A stretch of 64,000 bases of DNA, from positions 61,258,001-61,322,000 of the forward strand of contig NC_087436.1 in assembly GCF_036321535.1 (NCBI RefSeq). The letters run 5' to 3'. This document shows, piece after piece, positions 1 through 12,985 of this stretch. A model generated the notes under the pieces. The model saw only the letters and a list, made by a program, of their open reading frames with translations, was not told where the DNA came from and made no database searches. How positions within the stretch are numbered: the first letter of the stretch is position 1; each line of letters begins with the position of its first letter. The DNA comes from Camelus dromedarius. Taxonomy: Eukaryota. The position numbers and the translations under genes are program-made.

Positions 1-424
1 ACCTTTTTGTTGTGAACCTGAGATATTTATCTTCAGTCCTTCAATCACATCGTTTGTGCTATTCTGAGTTCTTGTCCAAATGTATGGCAGCTGGAAGTTT
101 GTAGAGTCTGGCTCCCAGAGTGGGATAAGGAAGTAAAAAGCTTTTGGGCAAATGGCCTTGGGGCTTGCAGCCATGGGCAGTAATGGTTTCCTCCTGACTG
201 TCACTTCCCTGGGTCTGAACCTCAGTTCAGGTTTTCCTATTCTTCCCACTCCAGAAATAGCAAAGCTTTGGCATGTAAGGGAAGGGAGCTATCTTTTTGT
301 TTTTTTCATGCATCCCAGGTTCTTGGGAGGGAGCTTCTGAACCCTTAGAATTTCCTATTTGATAGGAGTGTCTTTGTTAGTCACTGTAATATATATATAT
401 TTAGTTTATATTATATACATTATT

Positions 425-640
425 TATATATTATATATATCTAAGATATATTTAGTTCAATCCTTACAATAACCATTTTATTAGATAATATTATTATTCC
501 TTTTCTATAGGTTAAATAACATAGAGGCACAGGGAAGTCAATAATTTGTCTTAAATCACACAGCTGAAAAATGGTAGAGTCAAGATTTGAACCCAGGCAG
601 GCTGGCTGTGGAGTTCATGTTCTTAATCTCTAAGCTATAC
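425..640 (-). mobile_element. MIR SINE
   Basis: Antisense MIR core (gaggcacagggaagt...aaatcacacagct...gatttgaacccaggcag). A second, more degraded MIR follows at ~665-840. Confidence 0.8.
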
Positions 641-2323
641 TGCATCACAGAATTGTGACACTAGCTAACATATTTGGGACAATTGCTATGTGCAGGCATA
701 ATACTTGCCTGCATTAATATATTTAATCTCCACAACAGTCTATTCTAGGGACTATTAGATGATGAACGTAAAGTATAGAGAGGTTAAATACTTGCCCAAG
801 ACCAGCAGGTTAGTAAGTGGCAAAACTAATACCCAGTACTTTGTAAAAAAATTATCCCAGTTCTCTAATTTGCTTGAGGGAGCATGTTTAGGTGACAAGA
901 CTAGCAATGGGAGGGTAGATTTCACTCTGTGGTTCCAGAGGGACATTGCTAAACCTTGTGAAAGAAAAGAAGAGAGGCAAGCAAGGATACTACAAAGAAT
1001 CACTTACATACACACCTAAGAGACACCCAAAACAGTGCGTAGATGGGGAGACAGTCCCTGAGTTACCTGTGTCCCGCATTAGAATAATAAACCCCCCATC
1101 CACATGGTAAAATGTGTCAAGGAGCCCCTTTTCAGCCTAGACTCTGAGAAGATTGTCAAGTGCCCCAGTAATCCTCTTGTTTCTGCTTCTCCTGGTAGCC
1201 GAGAGGCAGATCAGGCTACATTTTTGCTAAAGCTGGTCATTCTGAAGTTTGTTCAGACATGTGATGGTGTATTTCTTCCTTAAGTCATTATGCTATGGAT
1301 GGGAATTACTGACTTACACCCTCTCTGCCATATCTTTTCCACTTTCACAGCTTCTGTTTACAGATCCTAGGGGATCAAACCTTTTACAAAACTGCAACTC
1401 TTCTCAACAAGCTTTTACTATGAAAGGCAGAGGCACAATTCTTTAAAAGTATGCTTTTTAGTTGTTTCATTTTGAGAGAGAAAGAATAAACTATCAATAA
1501 CTTTTACATGGGTGTGTGCACAGATAATTATTTCCCTAAAAAGTAATAGAGACAACAAAGTATGCCTGGTGGGGTGCACAGCAATGTGCTGGCAGTATTG
1601 ATCTGGGGACTGCAAGCTTGTTACCAGGTAAGAAATTAAAAAGAAGGACGGCACAATTCACTCATTCTCGGCATGAGTTTGTAGCATCTGTGCTCTGGGT
1701 TCTGCGCTGGCTTCCCATCTGCTAGGGGACGCAATTCAAGGAGTCAAGGTGGAGATTGTGGTCTATGGGCTCATGGTGATTGGATCCTCACTCCTAAACT
1801 ATGCCCCCTCTCTTTCTTGGCAGGGGCTGGTGACAGCTGAAATGCTGGAGTCCTCTTGGGGAGAATTCTATACTGGGACTCTTCAGGCAGGGAGGTCCCA
1901 GGAGAGGGCCATCAGAAGTAGAATAGATTCCCTGTTATCCCGCAGTAACCTAAATCTGTTGACTTTTCTGGCCCCTGGCAGAGCTGTCAAGCACTAATGT
2001 TGGCTTAAATTAACAGTGATGACTCCTGGGCAGAGGGAGGGAGGTGAAGGCCAAATTGACTGGAGGATAGGCTCAGTGTCCACTCTTTCTTTCCTGCCCA
2101 TGTTCCTCATCTTGTGTTCCCTTTCTCTGTTAAATTGGTGAATTTATCCCAGCACCTGCTATGCTGTTGCCTCAGCTGGGAACCCTGGAATCACTGTCTA
2201 GTTCTATTTTCCTTATTTCCCATGTCCAGTTAGCCATCTCAGTCTCACATTTGACTCTTGCAATATTTTTTCAGAAGAGAGAATCCCTCACGTTATTGAG
2301 ATCTGCCATAGATCAGATTCTTT

Positions 2324-3467
2324 TAAAAAAATTTGTTATTTATTGAAGTATAGTCAGTTACAGTTTCTGGTGTACAGCATAGTATTTTAGTCATACATAC
2401 ACATACATACATTTGTTTTCATATTCTTTTTCATTATAGGTTACTACAAGATATTGAATATAGTTCCCTGTGCTATACAGAAGAAATTTATGTTTTAATC
2501 TATTTTGTATATAGTAGTTAATATTAGCAATAATATTAGCAATTCTTGAACTTCCAATTTATCCTTCCCACCTCCATTCCCCCCCAAGTAACCATAGGTT
2601 TGTTTACTATGTCTGTGAGTCTGTGTTTTGTAGGTAAGTTTATTAGTGGCTTTTTTAAAATTTCTTTTTTTGCTTCAGCATTTGTTTTTTAAAAATTTTT
2701 TAATTAAAAAAAAGTGTATATATATTTATTGTAGTATAGTCAGTTTACAATGTTGTGTCAATTTCTGTACAGCACAATGCTTCTGTTATTCATGAACATA
2801 CATATATTCGTTTTCATGTTCTTTTTCACCGTAAGTTACTACAAGATATTGAGTATAGTTCCCTGCGCTATACAGCATGAACTTGTTTATCTATTCTATA
2901 TATATCAGTTAGTATCTGCAAATCTCTAACTCCCAATTTATCCCTTCCCACCTCCTTCCCCCACCCCTGGTAACCATAAGTTTGTTTTCTAAGACTGAGT
3001 CTGTTTCTGTTTTGCAAATAAGTTTGTCCGTCTTTTTTTTTTTTTTAGATTCCACGTGTAAGTGATATCATATGGCATTTTTCTTTCTCTTTCTGACTTC
3101 ACTTATAATGACAATCTCCAGGTTCATCCATTTGCTGCCAGTGACATTATTTTATTATTTTTTATGGCCAAGTAGTATTCTATTAGTATAAATATACCAC
3201 AACTTCCTTATCCAGTCATCTGTCAATGGACATTTAGGTTGTTTTCATGTCATGGCTATTGTAAATAGTGCTGCAGTGAACACTGGGGTGCATGTATCTT
3301 TTAGGATTAAGGTTCCTTCTGGATATATGCCCAGGAGCGGGATTGCTGGATCATATGGTAAACCTATTTTTAGTGTTTTGAGGAATCATTTGTGGACTTT
3401 TGAATGATGGCCATTCTGACTGGTGTGAGGTGATACCTCACTGTGGTTTTGATTTCCATTTCTCTGT
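2324..3467 (-). mobile_element. Young 5'-truncated L1 carrying two copies of the 3' UTR end
   Basis: T-rich tail plus 'tttattgaagtatagtcagtt...' L1 3' end at ~2335 and again at ~2725. Flanked by an imperfect direct repeat gccatagatcagattctt (~2306) / gccctagatcatattctt (~3468), read as a TSD. Confidence 0.85.
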
Positions 3468-3589
3468 GCCCTAGATCATATTCTTACCATGAGCTGCTTG
3501 CATTAGGAGATCTTTGTAACTAGTTTCTCTGCCATTAACATTGCCCTCTCCAATTTAACAAAAACAGATTCCAGAATGATTTTTCTAAA

Positions 3590-3752
3590 GTGGTGGTTCT
3601 CAAACTTTACTACATATCTGAATCATCTGGGACATTTTAAAATGTCCATATCATATACCTTACCAATTAAGTTGGGATTGGGCCCCAGCATCAGCATTTT
3701 TTAAATAACTCCCCAAGTGAATCCAATGTGTAGTCAGATCTGAAATTACTAT
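3590..3752. mobile_element. MER5-type hAT-Charlie DNA transposon
   Basis: gtggttctcaaactt...aatcatctggg...ccccaagtgaatccaatgtgtagtcag...gaaattact matches the remembered MER5A layout. Confidence 0.7.
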
Positions 3753-4059
3753 CTGATCATATCCATTTCTAATACAGTCAGATTCTGTCACATTGTGTGT
3801 TCCATCCCACGACACTCCTGCACCCTAAACAACTAAATTTGAATAGATTATGATTGACCTTTGGGTTGTGCAAATGTGTGGGTTTAGACATACTCATAGT
3901 GACACCAACCTAAAGTATCACATGGACTACTTCAACTCCTAGCCGCCACCCCATGATCTGCTTAAGTACGTAGTTTTGCCTTTTCCATAATTGTCATAAA
4001 TGGGGTCAAACTGTGAGCAGCCTTCTCAGATTGGATTCTTTCAGTTAGTAATATACAAG

Positions 4060-4718
4060 TGAGACAGGAAGAGGGAAGAGCACAGCCATTCAAGGAATAA
4101 CACAGCAATTAACACCAGAATGGCTAAAGATTCAACCCCCAGGAGGCCTTGAGGCTCAAGATGGTGGGAGATTTGGCTTCTAGTAGACCTTGAACTTCAT
4201 TATACGCCCACTGTAATATATTAACATGGTGAATAACATGCCCACAGGCACCGTGACAGTCCAAAGGCCAGCCACAAAAGGTCAAAGAGTGGGAAATGAC
4301 CAACTTCGTGGGAATCCTGGCCCCTTCCCAGCCCCTTCCCCAGGCTAGTTAGACTGGTCCTTCCACTTACTAGCGTATGAAGCCACTTAGCCCATAAAAA
4401 CTAGCAAAGTGGCTGCTGCTGCCGCCCCCCCTCTTCCTCCCCCACTCCCCCCACTTCAGAGACAACCTGCACTCTGTCTGTGGAGTGTGTACCTACTTTT
4501 ACTCTAATCTGAACACCCAACCTCCATACCTTGTGGCCTTTCTTTTGCCTTTCAGTGTATCTCTCTAAATCTACCTTGACTCAACTGTGGCTCGCTCTTG
4601 AATTCTTTCCTGTGTGAAGCCAAGGACCAACACTTGGTGGGGCATGTCTTGGGGTGGGGCTCAACCAAAGCCTGGGACATGGCCCTCCTCATGCCCTACA
4701 TCCGTTTTTCTTGCATCA
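4060..4718 (+). mobile_element. ERV1-type solo LTR
   Basis: TG...CA termini (tgagacagg...ttgcatca), TATA-like cataaaaa at ~4393, and an R/U5-like segment (ctcgctcttgaattctttcctgtgtgaagccaaggacc). The host L1 resumes on both sides. Confidence 0.8.
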
Positions 4719-4792
4719 CGGGTAAGATTTACCCACGTCTTTCCATGAGTTGATGGTTTAATTTCTATTGCTGAGTAGTATTCCATTGCATA

Positions 4793-5322
4793 TGTATGGG
4801 AGGAAAACCAGTTTTCCTTCTTCCCATCTAGGTTCTTGGATGAGACCTCCCAGCCCCTAATAAGACAGATTACTGGGAGAAAAACAAACAAGTTTAATAA
4901 CATGTGTACCTCCTGTGTGCAGGGTAGATACCCAGGAAAACTGAGTCCTTCCCTGAATGGCCAAAGGCATCACCTCAAATATGGTATTTAGCTAAAAACA
5001 AAAGCGAGGCGGTGGAGAGGGAGGAAGTCCATTATGGCAGGTAATCTTGAAAGCTCAGTAAACAAGAGTGTGTTTGTTATGCAGATTTAAGTTAGGACTT
5101 CTCTATTGACAAGAGTTAGTTGTGATTTAATCAGCCTTCTATTTCTGATACAAAGAGGGACACACCCTTACAAATGTAGATTTTCCTATTAAATGTAAAT
5201 ATCACTCACAAAAGGGCAACCTCTACTCAGTTTTCTATGTTTTTTTTTTTTTTTTAAATTAGCCCACAGTAATCTTTATGCCAAAGAAGCCTATTTTGGG
5301 GTGGCTTACTCTGCTCTTATTG
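4793..5322 (-). mobile_element. MER34-like ERV1 solo LTR
   Basis: The reverse complement begins ...agcagagtaagccaccccaaaataggcttctttggcataaagatta, resembling the remembered MER34 5' end. It interrupts the L1 motif ttccattg|atggatgtac. Confidence 0.7.
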
Positions 5323-6699
5323 ACATGGATGTACCCCAATTTGCTTATGCCTTCATCTATTGAAGGACATCCTGATTTCAAATTTTTAGCCAATATGAAC
5401 AGAGCTGCTGTACATAACTGCATCCTAGTTTGTGTTTGGACATAGTTTTTCGAAGCACTTGCCTAAATACTCGATGCAGGATTTTTGGATCCCAAGGTGA
5501 GACTTGCTTAGCTTTGAGAAAAACGACCAAACTCTTACGAAGTGGCTATGCATGCATTCCACCAGCAATGAGGGAGTTCTGCTGTTCCTCACCACCAGCA
5601 AATGGTATTATCATGTTTTTGGAGTTTAGTGGTCCCAATAGGTGTACCTTGATATCTTGTGATTTTAACTTATAATTCCCTAATTGTATATGATACTGAG
5701 CATATTTTTGTATGCTTATTTACTGTCTGTTTTGGCTGGGCATCTGTTCAGATCTTTACCCATTTTTATTTTAGAGCTCTTTGTTTATTATGAGTCCAAA
5801 TCATGTATCAGATATGTGTTTTGTAAATATTTTTCTCACAGTTTGTGACTTGTCTTTTGGCTTTCTGAATGAGGTCTTTCAGAGTAGAAATCTTTTATAA
5901 AGTCCATAATACTACTTTTTTGTGGATTGGCTTTTTGTGTAGTGTGATAAAACGCAAAGGTCATAATCTACGTGACCAAATCCAAGGTCATGTAGTTTTT
6001 TTTCTGTTTATCTGTATAATTTTGAGAGCTTCGGATTTTAAATGTGTGTGAATAAGTTTGAGTGAATTTGTTGTAAGTTTTAAAGTTTTTGTCTCCATTC
6101 ACATCATTCCTTAAGGCTTCCAATTAATTGTTCCTTAACTATTTGGAGAAGTTATGGATATTTGGCTATATTTCAGTTTGAATTTTCAGTTTAAAGGATT
6201 CAGCATAACTATCCTCATGGCAGGGCCTCTGGTGGCTGTGAGGGTAGCTTGGTTCCCACCTCCCTATCCACAGTGTAGTGGACTGAGCGGAGCTGCCTTA
6301 GGGCATCCCTCCCCCCTGCCCACCCCCTGACTGTCAGGGTGGCTGGGTCTGAGCTTTCCCATTGTTCTGGCAGGGCCCAGAGCCCACCTCTCCCACCTGC
6401 AGTGGGAACCCACTTGGCTTCCTGCTCAGCTGACTGGAACCATGTCTCCTCTGGACCTGGCAGGGCTTTGGGATCACAGGGGGCCATGTCCACGGTGACA
6501 GGAGCCAGTCTCCCCAGGACCCAACAGGAGGTGCTGCACTGAAGGAAAGATGAGGAGAAAAGAAACATGAGGAGAAGTTTCCTGTAAGGGCTGACTGCTA
6601 AGGGGAATCCCTCCTCAGAGGCCCTGGGAGAGGAAGGGCTGGATGTGGGAAACTGGGTTTTAGTCAGGTTTTGTGTGTAGTGTGGACAGTGTGCCATGT

Positions 6700-7405
6700 C
6701 CTTCTTTGGTGTGTGGTGTCTGGTTTTCCCAGCACCATTCATTGAGTGGACTGTCTTTTCCCCAATGTAGTTTCCTGGTTCCTTTCTTGTGAATTAACTG
6801 ACCACATACCCGTAGGCTTATTTCTGGACTCTATCTGTTCCTCTGGTCCATGTCTCTGTTTTTGTGCCAATTCCACACTTTTGGTGACTGTAATTTCCCA
6901 ATGGAGTGTGAAGTCAGGGAAGGAGATACCTCCAGCCTGTTCTTCTTTCTCAGAATCCCTTTGGCTGTTCAGGGTCCTTTGGGTTTCCACACTAATGTTA
7001 GGAATGTTTGTTCTGTTTCTGTGAAAAATGCCACTGAACTTTATTTTATTTTATTGAAGTATAGTCAGTTCACAATGTTCTGTTATTTTCTGGTGTAGGG
7101 TATAGTGATTTGGCAAGACTTGCTTTGAATTTGAACACAGCTTTGGGTAGAATGGATGTTTCCATTTATTTGTGCCTGTTCAGTTTCTTTCCTCAGTGTC
7201 TTAGAATTTTGAGTGTTCAGGTCTTTCACATCTTTGATTAAATTTATTGCTAGCTAATTTTTTAGATGCAATTGTAAATGGGATTTTTAAAAATTGTTTT
7301 CTAATGTTTCGTTATTGATGTATAGAAAGACAACTGATTTTTGTGTATTGATTTTGTATCTTGTAGCTTTACTACAATAATTCATTAGCTCTAACAGTTT
7401 TTTGA
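6700..7405 (-). mobile_element. L1 ORF2 fragments with a small nested L1 3' end (~7040-7110)
   Basis: ttttcccagcaccattcattga..., cctccagcctgttcttctttctcagaat. ORF 6739-6990 resembles ORF2 'AGGITLPDFKLY'. Confidence 0.8.
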
Positions 7406-7979
7406 TGGTTTGATGTGGAAAATTAGAAATCAGAAATCACCCTTTTTGGACTACATCCAGGTCATCTGCAGCACCCAAAACACAGTGGCTCCTAATCTTC
7501 ACAGTGCCTCTGAATTACCTTTGGACTCCTACAAGGGCGATTAGCATCAGCACTTCGGGTGAACTGAATCTGGTTTAGGGTGGGCCTCTTATAAGGAAAT
7601 CTGATGTCTTCTCTGCTTTTTTGGTGTGGTGTTGACATGGTTGTTTTCAAAAGTAATTTAGTTTCTAGTAATTTCAAATGTATAAAATACTTTAAGTAGT
7701 ATTATGCAGTACTCACATTTACTACCTGGCATAAAATACTCCAGTGGGTTTTACCTAAAACTGGGATATGCTCCCAGGGAACCAGCACATAAACCCCAAA
7801 TGAAGAAATTTTATGGTTCCACCTTGGAATCGCATCCACAGGCCCAGTTCCACCTCACCATTGCCCCCAACTTGTGGAAATCCATTTTTCCATTCTGTGC
7901 CAGTTTTGTTTTTCTGAAACTATTACTGAGAGTTTCCTTCTTTTTCAAAATCTTAATGGATTAAAGCAACGAGATGAAT

Positions 7980-10150
7980 ATGATCTGAGTGGCCTCTTCT
8001 GTGTGGCTTCTTTCGCTTAGAATGCTTTCAATCTTTATCCAAGTTGTAGCACATATCATTAGTGATTCATTCACATTTTTCATTGTCATTAAAAATATAG
8101 AACATAACATTTACCATTTAAACCATTTAAATATACAGTTCTATGATATTAACTAAATTCACATTGTTGTACAGATACCTCACCATCTCCAGAACTTACT
8201 CATTTCCCCAAGTGAAACTATCCAGTAAACACTAACTCCCCTTAGCCCCTGGCAATGACATTCTTTCTATCTCTGCATTTGACATCCCTGGATGCCTTAT
8301 ATAAGAGGAATAATATAATATTTGTCCTATCATGTCTGGCTTACTTCACTTAGCATAGTGACTTTAAGATTTAGCCACGTTGTAGCATGTGTCATTATTT
8401 CCTTAGTTTTTAAGGCTGTGCAGTGTCCCATTGTGTATACACCACATTTAGTTTATCCATTCATCTGTTGATGGACAATTGAGTTGCTTCCACCTTTTGC
8501 TATTGTGATTAATGCTACTATGAACATGGGTGCATCCATTTCTGTTCCAGTTCCTGCTTTCAAATATTTTGAATATATACCCTGAAATGGAATTGATGGA
8601 TCACATGTTAACCCCATGTTTAAGTTTTTGAGGAAATCCCATATGGTTCTCCACCATGGCTGCACCATTTTATTCCTTTATATGGCAGAATCATACAGCA
8701 GTTTTTGGATAGATATCCAATTTGTTTATCTATTTAGCCTTTGATGGACATTTCAATTGTCCTACCTTTTAGGCCATTGAGAATAGTGCTGCTATGAATA
8801 TTTGTGTACAATTTTTTTTTTTGTTTGAACACCTGTTTTTAATGTTTTGGGCTCTGTATCTAGGAGTGGAGTTGTTGAACCATAAGGTAACTATTTCTAT
8901 CTTTCTGAGCAAATGACAAACTACACACGGGCTATACCATTTTCCAATTTTTCAAGTAATGTTTAAAGGTTTCAATTTCTCCACATTTTTGCCAATATTT
9001 GTTGTTTTTAGTTTTCCTGGTTATAGGGCTTCTAGTGTGCTTGAAATGGTATGGCATTGTGGTATCAATTTGCATTTCTTTCATGACTGATTTTTAACAT
9101 CTTCATGTGCTTGTTGACTGTTTGTCCTGTCTGGAGAAGGGCCTATTTAAAAAAAAAAATTTTTATTTAATTTTTTTGGGGGTGTTTTTTCCTTTTTCAT
9201 TTTTATTAGGTAGAATTAGTACAGTTTGATTGCACATATACATTATATTGCATGTAAATACATATATATATATAATATACTGCACTTTCCTTTTTAAGTT
9301 TACATATAGAGAAGAGTCTATTTAAGTACTTTTACCATGCTAAAAATTGGGTTGTTTTGTCTTTTTATGAATTGTAAAAGTTCTTCATATATACTTGATA
9401 AAATTTTTTTCAAGCATATAATTTGCAAATATTTTCTTTGATTTTGTGTGCTGTCTTTTCAGTTCCTAGATAGCATCTTTGATGTACAGAGTTTTTAATT
9501 TTGAGGAAAGGCAATTTATTTATTTTTTTCTTTCCTTGCTTGTATTTGCTATCAGATCTAAGAAAATTGCCAAATCCAAGGTCATGATGATTTATCCCCA
9601 TTGTTTCTTTGAGAGTTTATACAGCTTCCCTCCCCATCTGTGAAGTATTGGTTCCAGGACACCCTGTGGATACTAAAATCTGTGGGTGCTCAAATCCATT
9701 ATATAAAATGGTGTAGTATTTGCAAATAATCTAAGCATATTTTCCTGTATACTTAAAATCATCTCTAGATCACTTATAATACTTAATTTAATGTACATGA
9801 TACGTAAATAATTATGAAGAAGATGTAATGTTTTTTAAATCGTTTCTGGTATGCCACAAATTCAAGTTTTTCTTTATGGAATATTCTCAAATTATTATTT
9901 TTATCTGAAGGTGGCTGATTCTGCAAATGTAGAATCAGCAGATGAGGGCTGATTGTCACTGTACCACTCTTTAAATTTGAGCTTTTTATGTATCTTGAGT
10001 TAATTTTGTATGTGGTATGAAGCAAGGATCCAATTTCTTTTCTCTTGGAAGTGAAAATTTTTCACTGGATAGACAATTGCCTGGCACAATTTGTTGAAAA
10101 TACCATTTTTTCTCCAATTTATTGTTGTTCACTGTTGTTAAAAAAAAAAT
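7980..10150 (-). mobile_element. Old L1M (L1MB/ME-like) 3' fragments
   Basis: Repeated antisense L1 3' motifs (ggcttacttcacttagcatagtg, ttatccattcatctgttgatggaca, tttgcaaatattttct). Interrupted by MER2 and by an orphan insert. Confidence 0.75.
9622..9961. mobile_element. MER2-type TcMar-Tigger MITE
   Basis: ta|cag...attggttccaggacaccctgtggatactaaaatc...atataaaatggtgtagtatttgca...ctg|ta, with TA flanks. Confidence 0.85.
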
Positions 10151-10784
10151 CAGTTAGTGCATGGGTCTTTTCACATTAGATTGTTGCTCTGGATATATGC
10201 CCAGCAGTGGGATTTCAGACTTTTCTTGTTTCTGACCTAAACGGCAAGAGGTCACTATGTGGAACCTACACTTCAGGAGAGGGGTATTTAGCTCCACCTC
10301 CATGATGGATGCCATGGATTATTAGGAATTCTCCTGCATAGGAGTTTTCTATTCAATCCCATTTATTAAAAAAACAAACAAACAAAAAAACCCCAACAAA
10401 CAAAAAAACATGTATTTCATCATTTAACTTCACCATTATAGACACCTGCATAGTTATTTTAATCTTTTGATTATAATCCAGCACTACAGATTTTGGTTGC
10501 TCAGTTTATTCCTGCTTTGGCTGTTGAGACCTCTTTCATTGGCTCCTATTTCCTTTGAGATCATTCCTTTTTTTTTTTTTCTTGGTACTTCCTCATTTTC
10601 TGATACAAGATTCAATATTATCCTGGCTCATATATTGACTGTCTCAGTCCTAGTATAAGCCATTTCTTCAAAGAGTCCTGATTCCTTTTATTAGAGAATG
10701 GTATTAAGAACTTACATTCAGGAGGAAAACGTCCTCAGCTGACAATGCAAGGAAATGTATGCCTGTGTTCCCACCGAAGTGTAT

Positions 10785-11240
10785 TGTTGCTCATGGAACA
10801 CCACCTCACCCTCCCCACAAATCTGCCACAAGCACATAGTGTTTTACATTTAAGCTACTTAGAAAATGGCCAAAGCAAGAGGGACACTCTGACTCCTGTT
10901 CTGTCTCCCTAAAAGCAGGAAATAAGTTTGTCACGTGAAAGGTTCAGAAGCCCATGTAAACATAACTTGTTACTTTAATTTACCACCCCAAGCCCAAACT
11001 CTTTTTAGATTCTTCATTAATTGAGTACCCCAAAGCTACATTTCTTTGGGCTGTCAATTCCTAACAAATTTATAGTTTTCTAGATATATAAAATCTGCCT
11101 CTTTTCACTACTTCTTACTTCCCATTGCTATGAGACTTTTGTGTGTAGGAGTTAAAATTTCTTTCTCTTGTGGCTCTGTCTTGTGTTAGTTTTATTATTA
11201 GTCCAGCCACAAGAAGAGTGAAATTTCCCTCTCCCCAATA
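10785..11240 (+). mobile_element. ERV1 solo LTR (MER34/MER39-like)
   Basis: tgttgc...ctccccaata, internal tatataaaa, and a perfect 4-bp TSD gtat (10781-10784 and 11241-11244). Confidence 0.75.
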
Positions 11241-11864
11241 GTATACACTCCTAATTATAAAGATTTCTATGTGGAACTGTCTGTATTCATACTAAGCTGA
11301 AGATGAGATGCCTCCATCCTGATCCATTATCATATGGACAGTGTACGTCTCCCTTCCTGCTTATCTGTAAGTCCCAGTCAGACAGTGAGAATCCTGGTTT
11401 CCACCATCTTCCATCCATTCATTTTTCATTCTACTCCAGATGAGTGGTTTTAACATTCTTAGCTTGTACCCCTGTGGGATGGAACCTTATAGATTCCACT
11501 GTTTGTGTGCAGTCTTTAGTCTACACATTCTGTTCATTCCCACAGTTACTGAGGCCAGCACATTTTGCTCCACCAGCATCAGTGAGTTTTTCTTATATTT
11601 CTAATACATATTCTTTGTTACATTCTGTATTCTATCCTGTGACAGTACCACTTACTTGATTATTTAATTGACTTGTTGGGCCATAGAAAACTATGGATTT
11701 AGACAAATGGATATTGGCAGATGTCCATCACTAAAGTATTTTATGGAATATTTCAAACTCTCACATGATCTGTTTACCATCTCTTAGTTTTCCCTTTCCC
11801 CAAATTTTATATAAATTGGGTTATACAGTGCATATGTAGCCTCTCCAGAGTGGATTCTGTCGCT

Positions 11865-12390
11865 TGTGAAAGGAAAATCAACATGGAGTTGGTTTTGATA
11901 AGAGAGCACTGTAAAATGGAGCCAGGAGCCCATTCAGAAATTGTGACATCACAATTTCACATCTCAGCCTGGAAGAAATCCTAAGCTTTGACCTGATGAA
12001 GTCATCCAGAACATCTGAGAGGAACTTATCAGCCAGAAATCTACTTATTGTACTCTTGGCCTCAAATAATTCATAACAGTCTGTCTACATATTGGATGCT
12101 TACCCTAAATCAACTCATGATTCCTTAAGGACAAATATTTTCTGACTTGAATCAGAGTCCATCACGATTATGGCCATTCAACTTTTAACAACCTCCTGGA
12201 GTTTTGTCTTTATAAGCCTCTGTACTCTTATTCTTGCCTGGAACACTCTAAGGGTTATCTGAATCTGTGTCTCCAAAATGCAATTCTTAAGACCCTAAAT
12301 AAGCACTTTTCCTATTTGCAGTTTTCTGTACTATTATGATTATTTATGATGATGATGGTGATGATGATGATGATGATGATTTTGGTTGCA
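11865..12390 (+). mobile_element. ERV1-type solo LTR with an internal (GAT)n tract
   Basis: tgtgaaaggaaaatcaacatggag...tttggttgca, with ttataag at ~12210 and aaataag at ~12297. The host L1 resumes afterwards. Confidence 0.7.
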
Positions 12391-12481
12391 TAATTAGCAG
12401 TATACATATAAGATTCATCCATGTCTTTACATAGGTTGGTGGTTCATTTCTTCCCATTGGTAAACAGTATTCCATTGCATA

Positions 12482-12985
12482 TGCATGGACAGAAAAATAG
12501 TTTTTCCTCTACCCTTCTAGGATCTTGGTTGACACCCCCTCTGCAATAAAAGATTAACCAAAGAAGTTTAATAGCATGTATGCCTCCTATACACTTGGGA
12601 GATACCCAGGAACACTGAGTCACTCCCATTAATGGTCTAAGTCATCACGTTAAATACCATCTTCAGCTAAAAACAAAGACTTGGGGAAGAGAGGAGGCCA
12701 GTTATGTCAGGATATTGTGTAAAGCATGATATGGTTGATACTCAGATTTAAGACATGACTTTTCCACTAATAAGAATTACTTGAGGCTTAATTATCCTTC
12801 TATGTCTGGTACAGAAAGAGGGACACACCCTTAAAAATGGAAATTTCCTTAATAAATGAAAATGTCCTTCACAAAAGGGCAACCTCTACTCAGTTTTCAG
12901 AGTCTTTTGAAAAAAGTTAATCAGACTGTAGTAGTCATTAGGGTACAGACCTATTTGGGAGGTGGCATATTCTGCTCCCTGTGAC
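12482..12985 (-). mobile_element. MER34-like ERV1 solo LTR (paralogue of 4793-5322)
   Basis: Shares gatacccagga, cagatttaag, gggacacaccctta and cacaaaagggcaacctctactcagtttt with the first copy. Confidence 0.75.

Larger units (their letters stand above)
3780..6090 (-). mobile_element. Old L1M (L1MC/MD-like) fragment interrupted by two LTRs; copy 1 of a duplicated block
   Basis: Antisense L1 motifs (tagtattccattg, ttccaccagcaatgagggagttc, gatactgagcatattt, gtaaatatttttctc). Colinear with 11610-13650. Confidence 0.7.

Noticed and set aside
6215..6742. 175-aa minus-strand ORF in a GC-rich patch
   Set aside because: It starts inside L1 sequence and has no recognisable family. Similarity of this patch to 15.3-15.5 kb was too weak to call.
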